Source: Treponemataceae bacterium (GTDB lineage Bacteria > Spirochaetota > Spirochaetia > Treponematales > Rectinemataceae). Taken from it: 64,000 nucleotides of DNA. This document shows, piece after piece, positions 51,803 to 61,746 of the stretch; the stretch's first letter is position 1, and every line of letters starts with the position of its first letter. Location of the stretch: contig CAXXVZ010000003.1 of the NCBI GenBank assembly GCA_963678065.2, positions 480,001 through 544,000 on the forward strand, read 5' to 3'. Made by a program: the position numbers and the translations under genes. The notes beneath the pieces were generated by a model. That model was not told where the DNA came from and did no database searches. It worked only from the letters and a program-made list of their open reading frames with translations.

Positions 51803-51817
51803 AATGGAGAGTCCGAG

Positions 51818-52894
51818 ATGGATTCCAGAGAAGCAACGCGAATAGTCAAGGCCGGTTCCGCGATGATCGGCGGCTCCTGGCCCGTTTCGATCCAGACAAT
51901 GTGGAAGTCGACCCTCGATCTGAGTGAGGCCGGAGCGATGGATCAGGTCCTTTCCCGGATACGGAATCTTTCGGAACTCGGCTGCGATATCCTTCGCTTC
52001 GCCGTGCCCGATCTCGACGCGGCAGAATCGCTCGGGCGGCTGGCTCTTGCAAGTCCGATGCCGCTCGTGGCCGACATACATTTCGACTGGCGTATAGCCC
52101 TCCGCTGCATGGATTTCCCGATTGCAAAAGTGCGCATCAATCCCGGCAACATCAGGGCGAGGTGGAAGGTCGAGGAAGTCGTCGCCAAGGCGAGGAACAC
52201 GGGCACGGCGATCCGCATCGGCGTCAACGCGGGCTCCCTGCCCGAAGATTTGCGGGGCAAAACCGACAGGGCCGCGGCCATCGTCGAGGCGGCCGAACGC
52301 GAGGTCGGCGTTTTCGACGAGCTGGGCTTCTCCAATGTGCTCGTATCGATGAAGGTGAGCGATGTCGCCGAGACCATCGCGGCCAACCGGCTCTTTGCCG
52401 CGCGCCACGACATTCCCCTCCACCTTGGCGTCACGGAGGCGGGTCCCCTCATTCCCGGAATAGTGCGCAACACCGCCGCCCTCGTCCCACTTCTCGGAGA
52501 GGGTATCGGCGCGACGATCCGCGTCTCGCTCTCGGACACGATGGAGAATGAGGTGATCGCCGCGAGGGAGATCCTGTCCTGTGCGGGAATGCGCTCGGGT
52601 GGAGTGAAAATAGTATCCTGTCCCCGCTGCGGCCGTGCCGGCTTTGACACGCACGAGTTCACCCGCACATGGGCGCCGAGACTCTACGCCCTGAAAAAAG
52701 ACATCGTCGTCGCAGTCATGGGCTGCGTCGTGAACGGACCGGGAGAGGCCAGGCACGCCGATCTGGGCATCACGGGCGCCGGAGACAGGGTTGTAATTTT
52801 CCGAAAGGGAGAAGTGGTGCGGACGGTGACTCCCTCTGAGGCCGATGAAGCGTTCCGCCAGGAACTCGAATCCTTGAGCGCCTCGCAAGAGTAA
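51818..52894 (+). CDS. ispG: HMBPP synthase (4-hydroxy-3-methylbut-2-en-1-yl diphosphate synthase)
   Basis: PLVADIHF, RINPGNI, IGVNAGSL, HLGVTEAG, SCPRCGR, VMGCVVNGPGE. Confidence 0.97.
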   Translation: MDSREATRIVKAGSAMIGGSWPVSIQTMWKSTLDLSEAGAMDQVLSRIRNLSELGCDILRFAVPDLDAAESLGRLALASPMPLVADIHFDWRIALRCMDFPIAKVRINPGNIRARWKVEEVVAKARNTGTAIRIGVNAGSLPEDLRGKTDRAAAIVEAAEREVGVFDELGFSNVLVSMKVSDVAETIAANRLFAARHDIPLHLGVTEAGPLIPGIVRNTAALVPLLGEGIGATIRVSLSDTMENEVIAAREILSCAGMRSGGVKIVSCPRCGRAGFDTHEFTRTWAPRLYALKKDIVVAVMGCVVNGPGEARHADLGITGAGDRVVIFRKGEVVRTVTPSEADEAFRQELESLSASQE

Positions 52895-52898
52895 AAGA

Positions 52899-52933
52899 AC
52901 GAGGCGGGAACTGGAGCTCCTGCCTCGTCTTTT
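52899..52933 (+). terminator. Terminator after ispG
   Basis: ACGAGGCGGGA/TCCTGCCTCGT stem then CTTTT. Confidence 0.7.
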
Positions 52934-52981
52934 CCGGATCATCAGGAATCCTGACTCCGTCCGCGAATCCGGCTATCGACC

Positions 52982-53314
52982 TCAGGATTCGCCTTTCGGT
53001 TTTGCGGGGAGGTCTATCCCTTCCATGATCGTACGGATTATCTCTTTTATGAAGGGGTCGACAATCGTGTAGACTCTCTTTGTCTTCTGCACCTCAGCGT
53101 TCACAATCCCGTATTCCTTGAGAATGGACAGATGCTGCGAAATGACCGGTTGGGGCTGTTGCAGACAGTGCCACAGGTCGCTCACACAGGGGTCCTCATC
53201 GCGCTCGATGAGGCAGAGCAATTTGAGCCTGATCGGATGTCCGACGGCCTTGAGCTTCTGGGCGTGAGATTCAATATATTCGTCCGGGCAGGGAGTCAAA
53301 TTTTCATCAGCCAT
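52982..53314 (-). CDS. ArsR/SmtB family transcriptional regulator
   Basis: KAVGHPIRLKLL, CVSDL, QPVISQHL..LK..GIV. Confidence 0.93.
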   Translation of the reverse strand: MADENLTPCPDEYIESHAQKLKAVGHPIRLKLLCLIERDEDPCVSDLWHCLQQPQPVISQHLSILKEYGIVNAEVQKTKRVYTIVDPFIKEIIRTIMEGIDLPAKPKGES

Positions 53315-53334
53315 ATCGATATATTACAATCCAT

Positions 53335-54066
53335 TTATGGTTTCAGCAACAGGTGAAACGGATTATTATTAACTGAATTGTCGATGTACGCCATGATTTC
53401 GGAACGATCGTCCCGATTCATGGATTCGAAAACGAGATTCATGGGAGAATGTGCACATTCCAGGATTACTCCGAAATGCATTGTCTTTCCCCCGAGCGAC
53501 ATGGCGCAGTCCGGAAGGAGTTCTCCGCGAAAAAGCTCGGCTGAAAGGTCGGAATTGTCCGGAACTGCCTGCAGGCCACAGGCGGACAGGCTCCGCACAG
53601 AGAAGGACATGGGTATGAGCCGCCTCGGATGCAGGACCACGAGCCGGGGAGAATCAGCCGATCCATTCCTGAATCTCAGCACCGCACGGCCTGTCCGGCT
53701 TTCGCCCGCCGACATCGATGCCAGATACGCGAACAGGCGTTCCGCCGACTCGCGTCCGCCCGCAGGATCGAAGAGGAGCCCGTCCATTTCCGCCCCGATC
53801 CCGGACTGTTCCGCTTTCCCGGAGAGTATGCGGAGAACGGGGAAGTGTCGCGAGGAGGGAAGGGCGGCCATCATGCCGGCGGCAAGTGCACAGTGATGGG
53901 GGAAGCTGTCGGCATCGATGATGAAGACGTCAGGGCCGATGTCGAGGGCGTTGTCTATGGCGCGCAGGGGGTCGGAGTAGCTGATGCAATGGAATCCTGC
54001 CTCGGTAGCCAGACAGGAAAGGCTGGAGGCTAGGGCGGAATCGCCGGCCAGGAGAAGTGCTTGCAT
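53335..54066 (-). CDS. Hypothetical protein, receiver-like N-terminus and possible degenerate PilZ C-terminus
   Basis: ALLL..., Y.DP..A.D....PDVFIID (REC-like); RxxxR (RAVLR), SLSACG and F..MN.DD...I..YI (PilZ-like). Confidence 0.5.
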   Translation of the reverse strand: MQALLLAGDSALASSLSCLATEAGFHCISYSDPLRAIDNALDIGPDVFIIDADSFPHHCALAAGMMAALPSSRHFPVLRILSGKAEQSGIGAEMDGLLFDPAGGRESAERLFAYLASMSAGESRTGRAVLRFRNGSADSPRLVVLHPRRLIPMSFSVRSLSACGLQAVPDNSDLSAELFRGELLPDCAMSLGGKTMHFGVILECAHSPMNLVFESMNRDDRSEIMAYIDNSVNNNPFHLLLKP

Positions 54067-54162
54067 CGATCGATACCTTTAATTCCCTTCGCGCTGGAAT
54101 ATAGTCACGAATCTTCGTATACTGCCGTAAACTCACAGAATCGGAACATCCGGAACAATACG

Positions 54163-57100
54163 ATGAATAGAATCCGTCCGCAAGTGGTTTTCGACAGGCT
54201 GGCTTCGCACCGCCCCGTGAAGGATCTCCAGAGACGCCTCGCCTTGGGTCCCTTCCCGGTCGACATCGGCGAAGCTGAAGGCTCGTTTTCCTCGGCTCTC
54301 TGCGCCCTCCTCGCGCGCAAGGAAGGCTCGCGCCTTCTCGTCGTCGCCGCGACTGACCAGGAGGCCGAATCCCTGTGTTCGGATCTGTCCATACTCGGAG
54401 TCGATTCGCGCATGCTTCCCTGGTGGAGGACAGCCGCCTACCGTCCCGTGGCCACACGCTCACGCGTCTTCGGCGAGAGAGCCTCCGTCCTCGCCCAGCT
54501 TTGTGCCGGGGAATCCGGCATCATCGTCGCGAGCCAGAGAGCCCTCGTCACTCCGCTTCCCCCGCCCTCATGGTTCAAGGAAAAGGTCTTCATCCTTGAG
54601 CAGGGCGGCTCCATCGACCCTGCAGCGGCGGGCGAACGCCTCGCCTCATACGGATACATCCGCGTGCCGCGCGTATCCCTGCCCGGTGAGTTCGCGCTGC
54701 GCGGCGAAGTACTCGACCTCTTCCTGCCGGGAGAGGACGAGGCTCTCCGCGTCGTGTTCGACTTCGATACCGTCGAGCGGATCAGCAGGTTCGACCCCTC
54801 CATGCAGTCGGGCAACGACAGGGTAAAACGGATACCCCTGTACCCCATGAAGGAAGTCATATGGGATTCAGAGAGGATAGCCAAGCTTGGATCCGCGCTT
54901 TCCGGACTCAACGGCTGCGCCGAACGCGCTCCCGCTCTTCTCGAACATCTTTCGGAGCAGGGGGAGATGCGCGGGGAGGAACTCTGGTACAGTCTCGCCT
55001 TCGACAAACCCGCCTCAGTCCTGGATTACCTCGGTCCGGATGACCTGACTGTCTTTCTCGACCACGAGCGGCTCGTCGCCCAAGAGGAAGGCTGGCGCAA
55101 GGAATACGCGGGCATGTACCGCCAGGCCTTGCGTGAGATGCCTGTGCCTCCTCCGGACCGCTGCCTACTCCCCTTTGCGGCCGAGGAGGTCAAATCCGCC
55201 CGCTCTGTCCGTTCCTTTGCCCTCAAGGATTCGGAGAGCGCGAACAGGATCGCGATGGGAGTGGAGCAGCCCAGATCCTATTTCGGCAACATCCGGTATT
55301 TCAAGGAAGAACTCCAGGGATTCACCAGGGCGGGAAACGAGGTCTTCGTATTCGCCGAGACGGAGCCGCAGGCGGAGAGACTCGCCTCCCTCCTCGGGGA
55401 CTACAAGATTTCGGTCGCCGTAGCGGGCCTTTCCGCGGGATTTTCCATTCCCGCCCTGCAGCTGCGCATCGTGCAGGAAAACGAGATTTTCGGCAGGCGC
55501 AAGCGCGTTCCTAAATCGGTGCGGACAGCGCGCTCTGTCGCCATCGATACCTTCGTCGAACTCTCCCCCGGCGATTTTGTCGTCCACGTGAACTATGGAA
55601 TCGGTCGCTTCGCATCCATCGAGCGCATGCGCGTCCTCGGCAATGAGCGCGACTACATCAAGATCGAGTATGCCGACGAGGAGACTGTTTTCGTCCCGAT
55701 AGAGCAGGCCAACCTCGTCCAGCGCTACATCGGGAACGAGGGCGAGTCGCCGCGCCTGGACCGCCTCGGCTCGAAATCCTGGGAAAATCGCAAGAATAAG
55801 GTCAGAAAATCGGTCGAGGAGCTCGCCGAACGCCTGATCCGCATCTACGCGCGGCGCAAAGCGGCGAAGGGTTACTCTTTCCCGGCCGACACCGAGTGGC
55901 AACTCGCCTTCGAGGCAGCCTTCCCCTACGAGGAGACTCCCGATCAGCTCCGCTGCATCGACGAGGTCAAGAATGACATGGAGAGCTCGCGGCCCATGGA
56001 CAGGCTGATCTGCGGCGACGTCGGGTACGGAAAGACGGAGATCGCCATGCGCGCCTGCTTCAAGGCGGCTGTCGCGGGCAAGCAGGTGGCGCTTCTCGCG
56101 CCGACCACCATTCTTGCCGAGCAGCACTTTGAAAATTTCCGCGAGCGCTGCGAGAACTTTCCGGTCAACATGGCGATGCTCTCGCGCTTCGTCGAAAAAA
56201 AAGAGCAGAAAAAAACCCTCGAAGGTCTCAAGGAAGGGAAAATCGACCTCGTCGTCGGGACGCATCGCCTCCTCCAGAGGGATTGCCAGTTCAAGGATCT
56301 CGGCCTTCTCGTGATCGACGAGGAACAGCGCTTCGGCGTCAAGGACAAAGAGAGACTCAAGGAGATCAAGGCCACCGTCGATTGCCTCACGCTGACGGCG
56401 ACGCCGATTCCCCGCACTCTTCACATGTCGCTGCTCAAAATCCGCGATATGTCCGTCCTCCAGACCCCGCCCACGAACCGCCACCCCATCGAGACCATCG
56501 TCGAGGAGTTCGACGCCGAGACGGTGGCCAGGGCGATACGACAGGAAGTGGAGCGCGGCGGCCAGGTCTTCTACCTCCACAACAGGATCGAGAGTCTCCA
56601 GGAGATACAGATATTCCTCCAGCAGACTGTGCCGGAGGTCCTCGTCGAGACCGCCCACGGCAGGCTCGACGGCGCCGAGCTCGAGGACATCATGCACCGC
56701 TTCATTCACGGAGCCTTCCAGGTCCTCGTCTCGACGACGATCATCGAGAACGGCATTGACATACCCAACGTCAACACCATCATCATCGACCGGGCCGACA
56801 TGTATGGCATCTCGCAGCTCTACCAGCTGCGCGGACGGGTGGGACGCTCGGACCGGATGGCCTACGCCTACCTTTTCTACCCCGACCGAAGGGCTCTGTC
56901 GGAGCTGGCCATGAAGCGCCTCCAGATCATCTCGGACTTCACCGAGCTCGGCTCCGGTTTCAAAATCGCCATGAAGGATCTCGAGGTGCGGGGGGCGGGA
57001 AACCTGCTCGGTCGGGAACAGTCGGGCGACATCTACGCGGTCGGGTTCGACCTCTACCTCAAGCTCCTCGACGACGCCGTGTCCAAGCTCTCCAATGACG

Positions 57101-57558
57101 GGAAGGAGCTTGAGGAAGAGCCTTACCTCGAGCTGGAATACGCGGGCTACGTCCCCGACAGCTACATCGCCATGCCCATGGTCAAGATGGAGGTCTACAA
57201 GAAGATCGCCTCGATTTCCTCCCAGGCGGAGCTGGAAGCCCTTTACCAGGAACTCACCGACCGCTTCGGCCCCATGCCCGACGAGGTTCAGTCCATCCTC
57301 GCGCTGGCAGAAATCCGCATACTGTGCCGAAAGCTGTCCATCGCCAACCTGAGCGAACGCGGAGGCACGGTTCAGGTCGAGTTCTCCAAAGTTTCGAAAA
57401 TTTCCGTCGAGCGCCTCCTGCGTCTGATCCGGGAATCAGGCGGCAGGGTAAAACTCGATCCGCACAGGCCCAATGTCCTCCTCGTGAAGACGGGAACGAT
57501 AGGGCTGCGCGAAAAGAGCGAGTTCATCCGTGAAAGGTTGATTTCGCTCCTGGGCTGA
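54163..57558 (+). CDS. mfd: Transcription-repair coupling factor
   Basis: GEFALRGEVLD, VVHVNYGIGRF, CGDVGYGKTE, DEEQRFGV, TATPIPRTL, QLRGRVGR. Confidence 0.98.
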   Translation: MNRIRPQVVFDRLASHRPVKDLQRRLALGPFPVDIGEAEGSFSSALCALLARKEGSRLLVVAATDQEAESLCSDLSILGVDSRMLPWWRTAAYRPVATRSRVFGERASVLAQLCAGESGIIVASQRALVTPLPPPSWFKEKVFILEQGGSIDPAAAGERLASYGYIRVPRVSLPGEFALRGEVLDLFLPGEDEALRVVFDFDTVERISRFDPSMQSGNDRVKRIPLYPMKEVIWDSERIAKLGSALSGLNGCAERAPALLEHLSEQGEMRGEELWYSLAFDKPASVLDYLGPDDLTVFLDHERLVAQEEGWRKEYAGMYRQALREMPVPPPDRCLLPFAAEEVKSARSVRSFALKDSESANRIAMGVEQPRSYFGNIRYFKEELQGFTRAGNEVFVFAETEPQAERLASLLGDYKISVAVAGLSAGFSIPALQLRIVQENEIFGRRKRVPKSVRTARSVAIDTFVELSPGDFVVHVNYGIGRFASIERMRVLGNERDYIKIEYADEETVFVPIEQANLVQRYIGNEGESPRLDRLGSKSWENRKNKVRKSVEELAERLIRIYARRKAAKGYSFPADTEWQLAFEAAFPYEETPDQLRCIDEVKNDMESSRPMDRLICGDVGYGKTEIAMRACFKAAVAGKQVALLAPTTILAEQHFENFRERCENFPVNMAMLSRFVEKKEQKKTLEGLKEGKIDLVVGTHRLLQRDCQFKDLGLLVIDEEQRFGVKDKERLKEIKATVDCLTLTATPIPRTLHMSLLKIRDMSVLQTPPTNRHPIETIVEEFDAETVARAIRQEVERGGQVFYLHNRIESLQEIQIFLQQTVPEVLVETAHGRLDGAELEDIMHRFIHGAFQVLVSTTIIENGIDIPNVNTIIIDRADMYGISQLYQLRGRVGRSDRMAYAYLFYPDRRALSELAMKRLQIISDFTELGSGFKIAMKDLEVRGAGNLLGREQSGDIYAVGFDLYLKLLDDAVSKLSNDGKELEEEPYLELEYAGYVPDSYIAMPMVKMEVYKKIASISSQAELEALYQELTDRFGPMPDEVQSILALAEIRILCRKLSIANLSERGGTVQVEFSKVSKISVERLLRLIRESGGRVKLDPHRPNVLLVKTGTIGLREKSEFIRERLISLLG

Positions 57559-58288
57559 GGCAAGCCGTCCTTCCTGCAAGGAACACTGCGGGGAACTTGC
57601 CCACGGAGCTCCGGTCCGCCCTCCATCCCCCGACACTGTCCGTCCTCACACTCTCCTCGGGGCCCGTGAGGGCGCGCGCGACGCAGAGCATGGTGTCCTT
57701 CGAGAGCGCGCCGAGGCAATCGTCCAGGAGTTTCTCGTTCCGGTACGGAGTCTCGATGAAAATCCTCGTCGCCCCATCGGCCCTGATGCCCCTGTCCAGA
57801 GAGAGCAGGACCTGCCTCCGGGCCGCCGTTTCGGGAGGAAGATAGCCCAGAAACGAAAACCGCTGCCCGTCCAGCCCCGAAGCCGACAGAGCGAGGATGA
57901 TGGAGGAAGGGCCGGAAAGCGGCACGATGCGGATGCCGCGCTCGTGGGCGAGCGCGACGAGGGCCGCCCCGGGATCGGCCACGCAGGGAATGCCAGCGTC
58001 GGAGATGATGCCGGTATCCTTTCCTGCCTCGAGGGGCGCAAGCAAGGCCGGCAGCGCAGACGCAAGGCTGTGCTCGTCCAGCACCTGCATGCTTGTCGCG
58101 GAGAGGGCGTCGCGCTCGGAAACCCGCGACAGGAGCCTCCAGGCCGCCTTTTCGCTCTCCACGACAAAATGCCGGAGCTCCCGTATGCGCGTGAGCGCGA
58201 CCGCCGGAATCTGAAGTTCAGGCGCGGCTCCTGTATCGCCGAATTCGCCGAGTATGTTGGGGATGAGATACAAAGTTCCTTTGTTCAT
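57524..58288 (-). CDS. RsmI-like tetrapyrrole-methylase-fold SAM-dependent methyltransferase
   Basis: LYLIPN.LG, ISDAGIPCVADPG, GPSS..LAL..SG, F.F.GYLP, FIETPYRN. Confidence 0.88.
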   Translation of the reverse strand: MNKGTLYLIPNILGEFGDTGAAPELQIPAVALTRIRELRHFVVESEKAAWRLLSRVSERDALSATSMQVLDEHSLASALPALLAPLEAGKDTGIISDAGIPCVADPGAALVALAHERGIRIVPLSGPSSIILALSASGLDGQRFSFLGYLPPETAARRQVLLSLDRGIRADGATRIFIETPYRNEKLLDDCLGALSKDTMLCVARALTGPEESVRTDSVGGWRADRSSVGKFPAVFLAGRTACLSPGAKSTFHG

Positions 58289-58332
58289 GTGTTCAGTGCC
58301 TTTGCTGCGATGCCCGCCGCGACTGGATGCGC

Positions 58333-59160
58333 CTAGTGCGCCAGGGCCTTGAATGCGAGTTCGGGAAGCCGCCCGAGGCCGGTGCCCGATTCCCCGAGCT
58401 TCTGTCTGTACTGCTTCCGGTATTCCTCCGAGAACAGATGGATCTCGTCATCCTCGATGGGGAGCCGGCGTCCCACGATGGCCGATTCCAGTTCCCTCGA
58501 GCGGAAGCATCGTTCGCCCGCCATGACAAGGTGGAAATCGTTCACGATCCCCTTGTCGATGCGGGCAGTCACCGCGAACACGGCAGTATCGGGCGCAGGG
58601 TACTCCTTCTGTCCCACTTTGACCACGATGTTCACATCCCATCGCTCGAGAGGAATGCGTATCCTCGCGATGATGGCGCCCGAGGGCAGGAAGGGAGAGC
58701 CCGATTCATCGGCGAGTCTGTTGATGTTGATCCACTTTGCCCCTCCTGCATTCCGCATCTCGATGAGGCCGTCCAGGCATGCGAGGACGGGCCACAGGTC
58801 CATGAATCGCGCCCTTGAGGCGATGTTGCCGCCAAGTGTCGCGAGGTTTCGGATAGGCAAGGTGGCCAGACCCCGTATCGCCTGCAGAAGCGAGGGCTGG
58901 ATCGATCCGGGGTTGTAGGCGGAAAGTTCCGACAGGGTGACTCCCGCTCCTATCTCCAGAAAACGCTCGGTGAGAACAAGCCTGTTCAGCTCGGGTATAT
59001 CGTGGATCGCGATGACGACAGGGGGAAACTCCAGAGTGCGTTTCCCCTGTTCCATCAGAATTCCTGTGCCGCCGGCGATCACGGGCGCATCGGGGTTCTT
59101 TTTCAGAAGTTCGAAAAGGGAGGGAAGATCCCTTGGAACATGTATCTCACTTGCCAGCAC
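58333..59160 (-). CDS. FAD-binding subunit, xanthine dehydrogenase/CoxM family
   Basis: IAGGT, IGAGVTL, IRNLATLGGNI. Confidence 0.88.
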   Translation of the reverse strand: MLASEIHVPRDLPSLFELLKKNPDAPVIAGGTGILMEQGKRTLEFPPVVIAIHDIPELNRLVLTERFLEIGAGVTLSELSAYNPGSIQPSLLQAIRGLATLPIRNLATLGGNIASRARFMDLWPVLACLDGLIEMRNAGGAKWININRLADESGSPFLPSGAIIARIRIPLERWDVNIVVKVGQKEYPAPDTAVFAVTARIDKGIVNDFHLVMAGERCFRSRELESAIVGRRLPIEDDEIHLFSEEYRKQYRQKLGESGTGLGRLPELAFKALAH

Positions 59161-59635
59161 GGTTGTAGAGTCTCCTCGCCCGGTATTCGGCGGCCAGAGT
59201 CACCGCCTGAACCAGGCTTTCGGGATCCGAGCACCTGCAATTCGCGCTCCCGAGATGCTCGAGTATTACATCCGAACGCGGATGGCCCTCTTTTCGCAGC
59301 AGGTCGGCCGTCACCATTATCTTCGCCGTATTACAGAAACCACAGGTGTAGAGCCCGGAATCCACAAACGCCAAGGAGATGTCCCTGCCTTCATCTGTCT
59401 CCAGGAGCCCTTCGACAGTGAGAATATCCGTCTCCCTCGCGCGGTAGGCCGGCACCATGCACGAAGGCACGAGCAGCGAGTTCATGAAGATGAGACAGCG
59501 GCCGCATCTTCCGGCCCTGCAATCGGGGCTCACCCCCGCGAGCCCGAATTTATCGCGCAGTACCTCGGAGAGCCTGTCGACGCTCCTGGCTGATATGGTG
59601 ACCCTGGAGCCGTTCAGCGTGAATTCGATGTTCAC
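59147..59635 (-). CDS. [2Fe-2S] subunit, XdhC/CoxS family
   Basis: F.LNG, CRAGRCGRC-x11-C, TVEGL, CGFC, CRC; GTGA overlap with upstream gene. Confidence 0.9.
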   Translation of the reverse strand: MNIEFTLNGSRVTISARSVDRLSEVLRDKFGLAGVSPDCRAGRCGRCLIFMNSLLVPSCMVPAYRARETDILTVEGLLETDEGRDISLAFVDSGLYTCGFCNTAKIMVTADLLRKEGHPRSDVILEHLGSANCRCSDPESLVQAVTLAAEYRARRLYNRAGK

Positions 59636-61746
59636 GGAGCCTCCATGGATTTGGCTATGTCCGCGTCCCTCACCGGCAGGTGGCTGAACTCGATTCCCGT
59701 GGCCTGGGAGACAGCCGAAAGGAAGGCCGCCGGAACAGTGTCGAAGGGAATTTCGTCGAAGCCCCTGAAAACGCTCTTCCGCCTGGGTTCCAGTATGTCG
59801 ACATGAATTCTTGGCAGCTCGGCCGGCACGAGCTGTGCATACCGGAAATAGGCTTCCGGCTTCATGTCCGAGGGATCGAGGTACTCGCGCATGCATGCGC
59901 CGAGGGCATCTATCACCGTCGCCCGGAGTCCCGACTCCGCCCGATGGAGCGATTCGAAATTCTCGGTATCGCTTCTCGACCCTCCTTCGACGACTATCCA
60001 CACACCGGTCGGTTTCACCGCCATGGTGAAAGGATCGATCTCGACCTCCACGACGGCCCCCCCCCACGTTGCATTCTCGAAAGGAGAGCCGGAAAGGTGA
60101 CCCGCGTTCCAGCGGAGAGTGTTTGTCATCCGATGCTGACAGCGGACCGTGATGGGCAAAGGATCGCGGAAGCGACGCTTCTGGATCTGCCTGCAGCAGC
60201 GGCCGACGAGGTGTTCGATGACGGCCGATCGGGACATCGTCATGGGACCGGAATTCGGCACCCGGTCAGTGGAAGGCGTGCCGAAACTGACGGAGTCCAG
60301 GGGGAGGTTGAGTATGCCCGCAGCCTCGCGCCTCCATCTGTCGAGCACAACATCTTCCGCCACGGCGGCGCTTGTCCTGAGCTCGAGTCTGAGCTGCATG
60401 TCGAGCGTCCCTTCGAGGGTATAGGAGTTCGGGCTGTCGCCCTTCAGGAAAAACATGCCCCCCTGATAGGCGAGGGCAAGGCCGATGCCCCGCATCGGAA
60501 GCTCAGACGCGTCCTTGCCCTTTCTCCGTATGGTTTCGTAAGAGGCGTACTTCCGGTTGAAGTCGCTTCCCGCCATGAGGCGGCTCGCGATGATCCCGCA
60601 AGGAGGCGTTTCCGCGACACTGTCTCCGCCGAGGAAGACGGAGTCCTTGCGCACCATATTGAGAAGCTTCCACCCCACGGGATTCTGACCGATGCTCTTG
60701 GCTATCTTGTCCGCATGCGCCTCTATCGCGAAGAACGAGTGCGAGGAGCCCATTCCCCCGAGGGCTCCGAGGGCCGGCGTGTTCGTCGAAACGGCGTAGC
60801 CTTCGATCCGTATATTCGGACAGCGGTAGATGCCTGTAGCCGCCATGATCGTCTGGCTGAGGATTTCCTCCGCCAATGGTGCGTGGGCTCCGACATTGAT
60901 CGAGAGGTGAATCATCAACCCCGAAAGGAGGTCGTTCTGGTCCAGAGCCGAATTGATGGTGACCGAGGACCGCGCCCTCTTCGGCGTGAAGAGGAAATCC
61001 TCCTGCCGCGTATAGAGAATCTTCACCGGTTTTCCGATGACGGTCGAGGCGATCGCCGCGTGGCAGGATACGAGCGAGGGATACCAGAGCTTGCCATCCA
61101 GATGTACACCAAGCCGCGTAGGGTGGACGACGACTTCGTCCTTCGCGCAGCCGAGGACGGCGGCGATCGAATCTCGGACATGATATGGCCACTGCGTGGC
61201 GCAAAAAACCGCAAGTTTGTCGTAATCGAAGTAGGCGAGGGCGCCCATCGGTTCGCTGTAGTAATGCTCGACCGACTCTGTCTTGTAGGTTCCTCCGTCT
61301 ATGCGCGCGGCGGAAGCGAAGGCCGCGTCGGGATCGCCTATCGTGACGACGCGCTTGGCCACGACCTGGGCGGAGGAGAAGGTTTCCCAGGCAAAAACAC
61401 CTTCCTCCTCCTCGCAGCGTACCGCGACTCTCGTGGCGAGCTCGTCGGCGATGATCTGGTCGGGACCGGCCACGAGGGCGACGGGTTCACCCTTGTAGCT
61501 CAGCCTTTCAGTCGCGAGGACGGGAATTTCCGAGGCAAAGGAGATGACCGAGTTCGTGCCGGCGATGTCGTGGCCGCGTATGAGGCTGTATCCCCGTGGA
61601 AAGGCCGGAGCCTCGACCGAGAGCAGTGTCCCCTTCGAAACCGGCGAACGCACCGTGGAGGCATGGTACATTCCCTCAAGCTGCAGATCCGAGAGAGATG
61701 TCTTGCCGGCCGACGACTTGTCGGGTTTCGGAAGGGAAGTTTTCAT
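59632..61746 (-). CDS. Xanthine dehydrogenase large-subunit-like protein with eroded Moco motifs
   Basis: VRSP, DI.G.N, Y.GEPVALV, H.Y.EP, ATQ, RPVK-like GKPVK..YTRQED, GIGLA. Confidence 0.82.
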   Translation of the reverse strand: MKTSLPKPDKSSAGKTSLSDLQLEGMYHASTVRSPVSKGTLLSVEAPAFPRGYSLIRGHDIAGTNSVISFASEIPVLATERLSYKGEPVALVAGPDQIIADELATRVAVRCEEEEGVFAWETFSSAQVVAKRVVTIGDPDAAFASAARIDGGTYKTESVEHYYSEPMGALAYFDYDKLAVFCATQWPYHVRDSIAAVLGCAKDEVVVHPTRLGVHLDGKLWYPSLVSCHAAIASTVIGKPVKILYTRQEDFLFTPKRARSSVTINSALDQNDLLSGLMIHLSINVGAHAPLAEEILSQTIMAATGIYRCPNIRIEGYAVSTNTPALGALGGMGSSHSFFAIEAHADKIAKSIGQNPVGWKLLNMVRKDSVFLGGDSVAETPPCGIIASRLMAGSDFNRKYASYETIRRKGKDASELPMRGIGLALAYQGGMFFLKGDSPNSYTLEGTLDMQLRLELRTSAAVAEDVVLDRWRREAAGILNLPLDSVSFGTPSTDRVPNSGPMTMSRSAVIEHLVGRCCRQIQKRRFRDPLPITVRCQHRMTNTLRWNAGHLSGSPFENATWGGAVVEVEIDPFTMAVKPTGVWIVVEGGSRSDTENFESLHRAESGLRATVIDALGACMREYLDPSDMKPEAYFRYAQLVPAELPRIHVDILEPRRKSVFRGFDEIPFDTVPAAFLSAVSQATGIEFSHLPVRDADIAKSMEAP

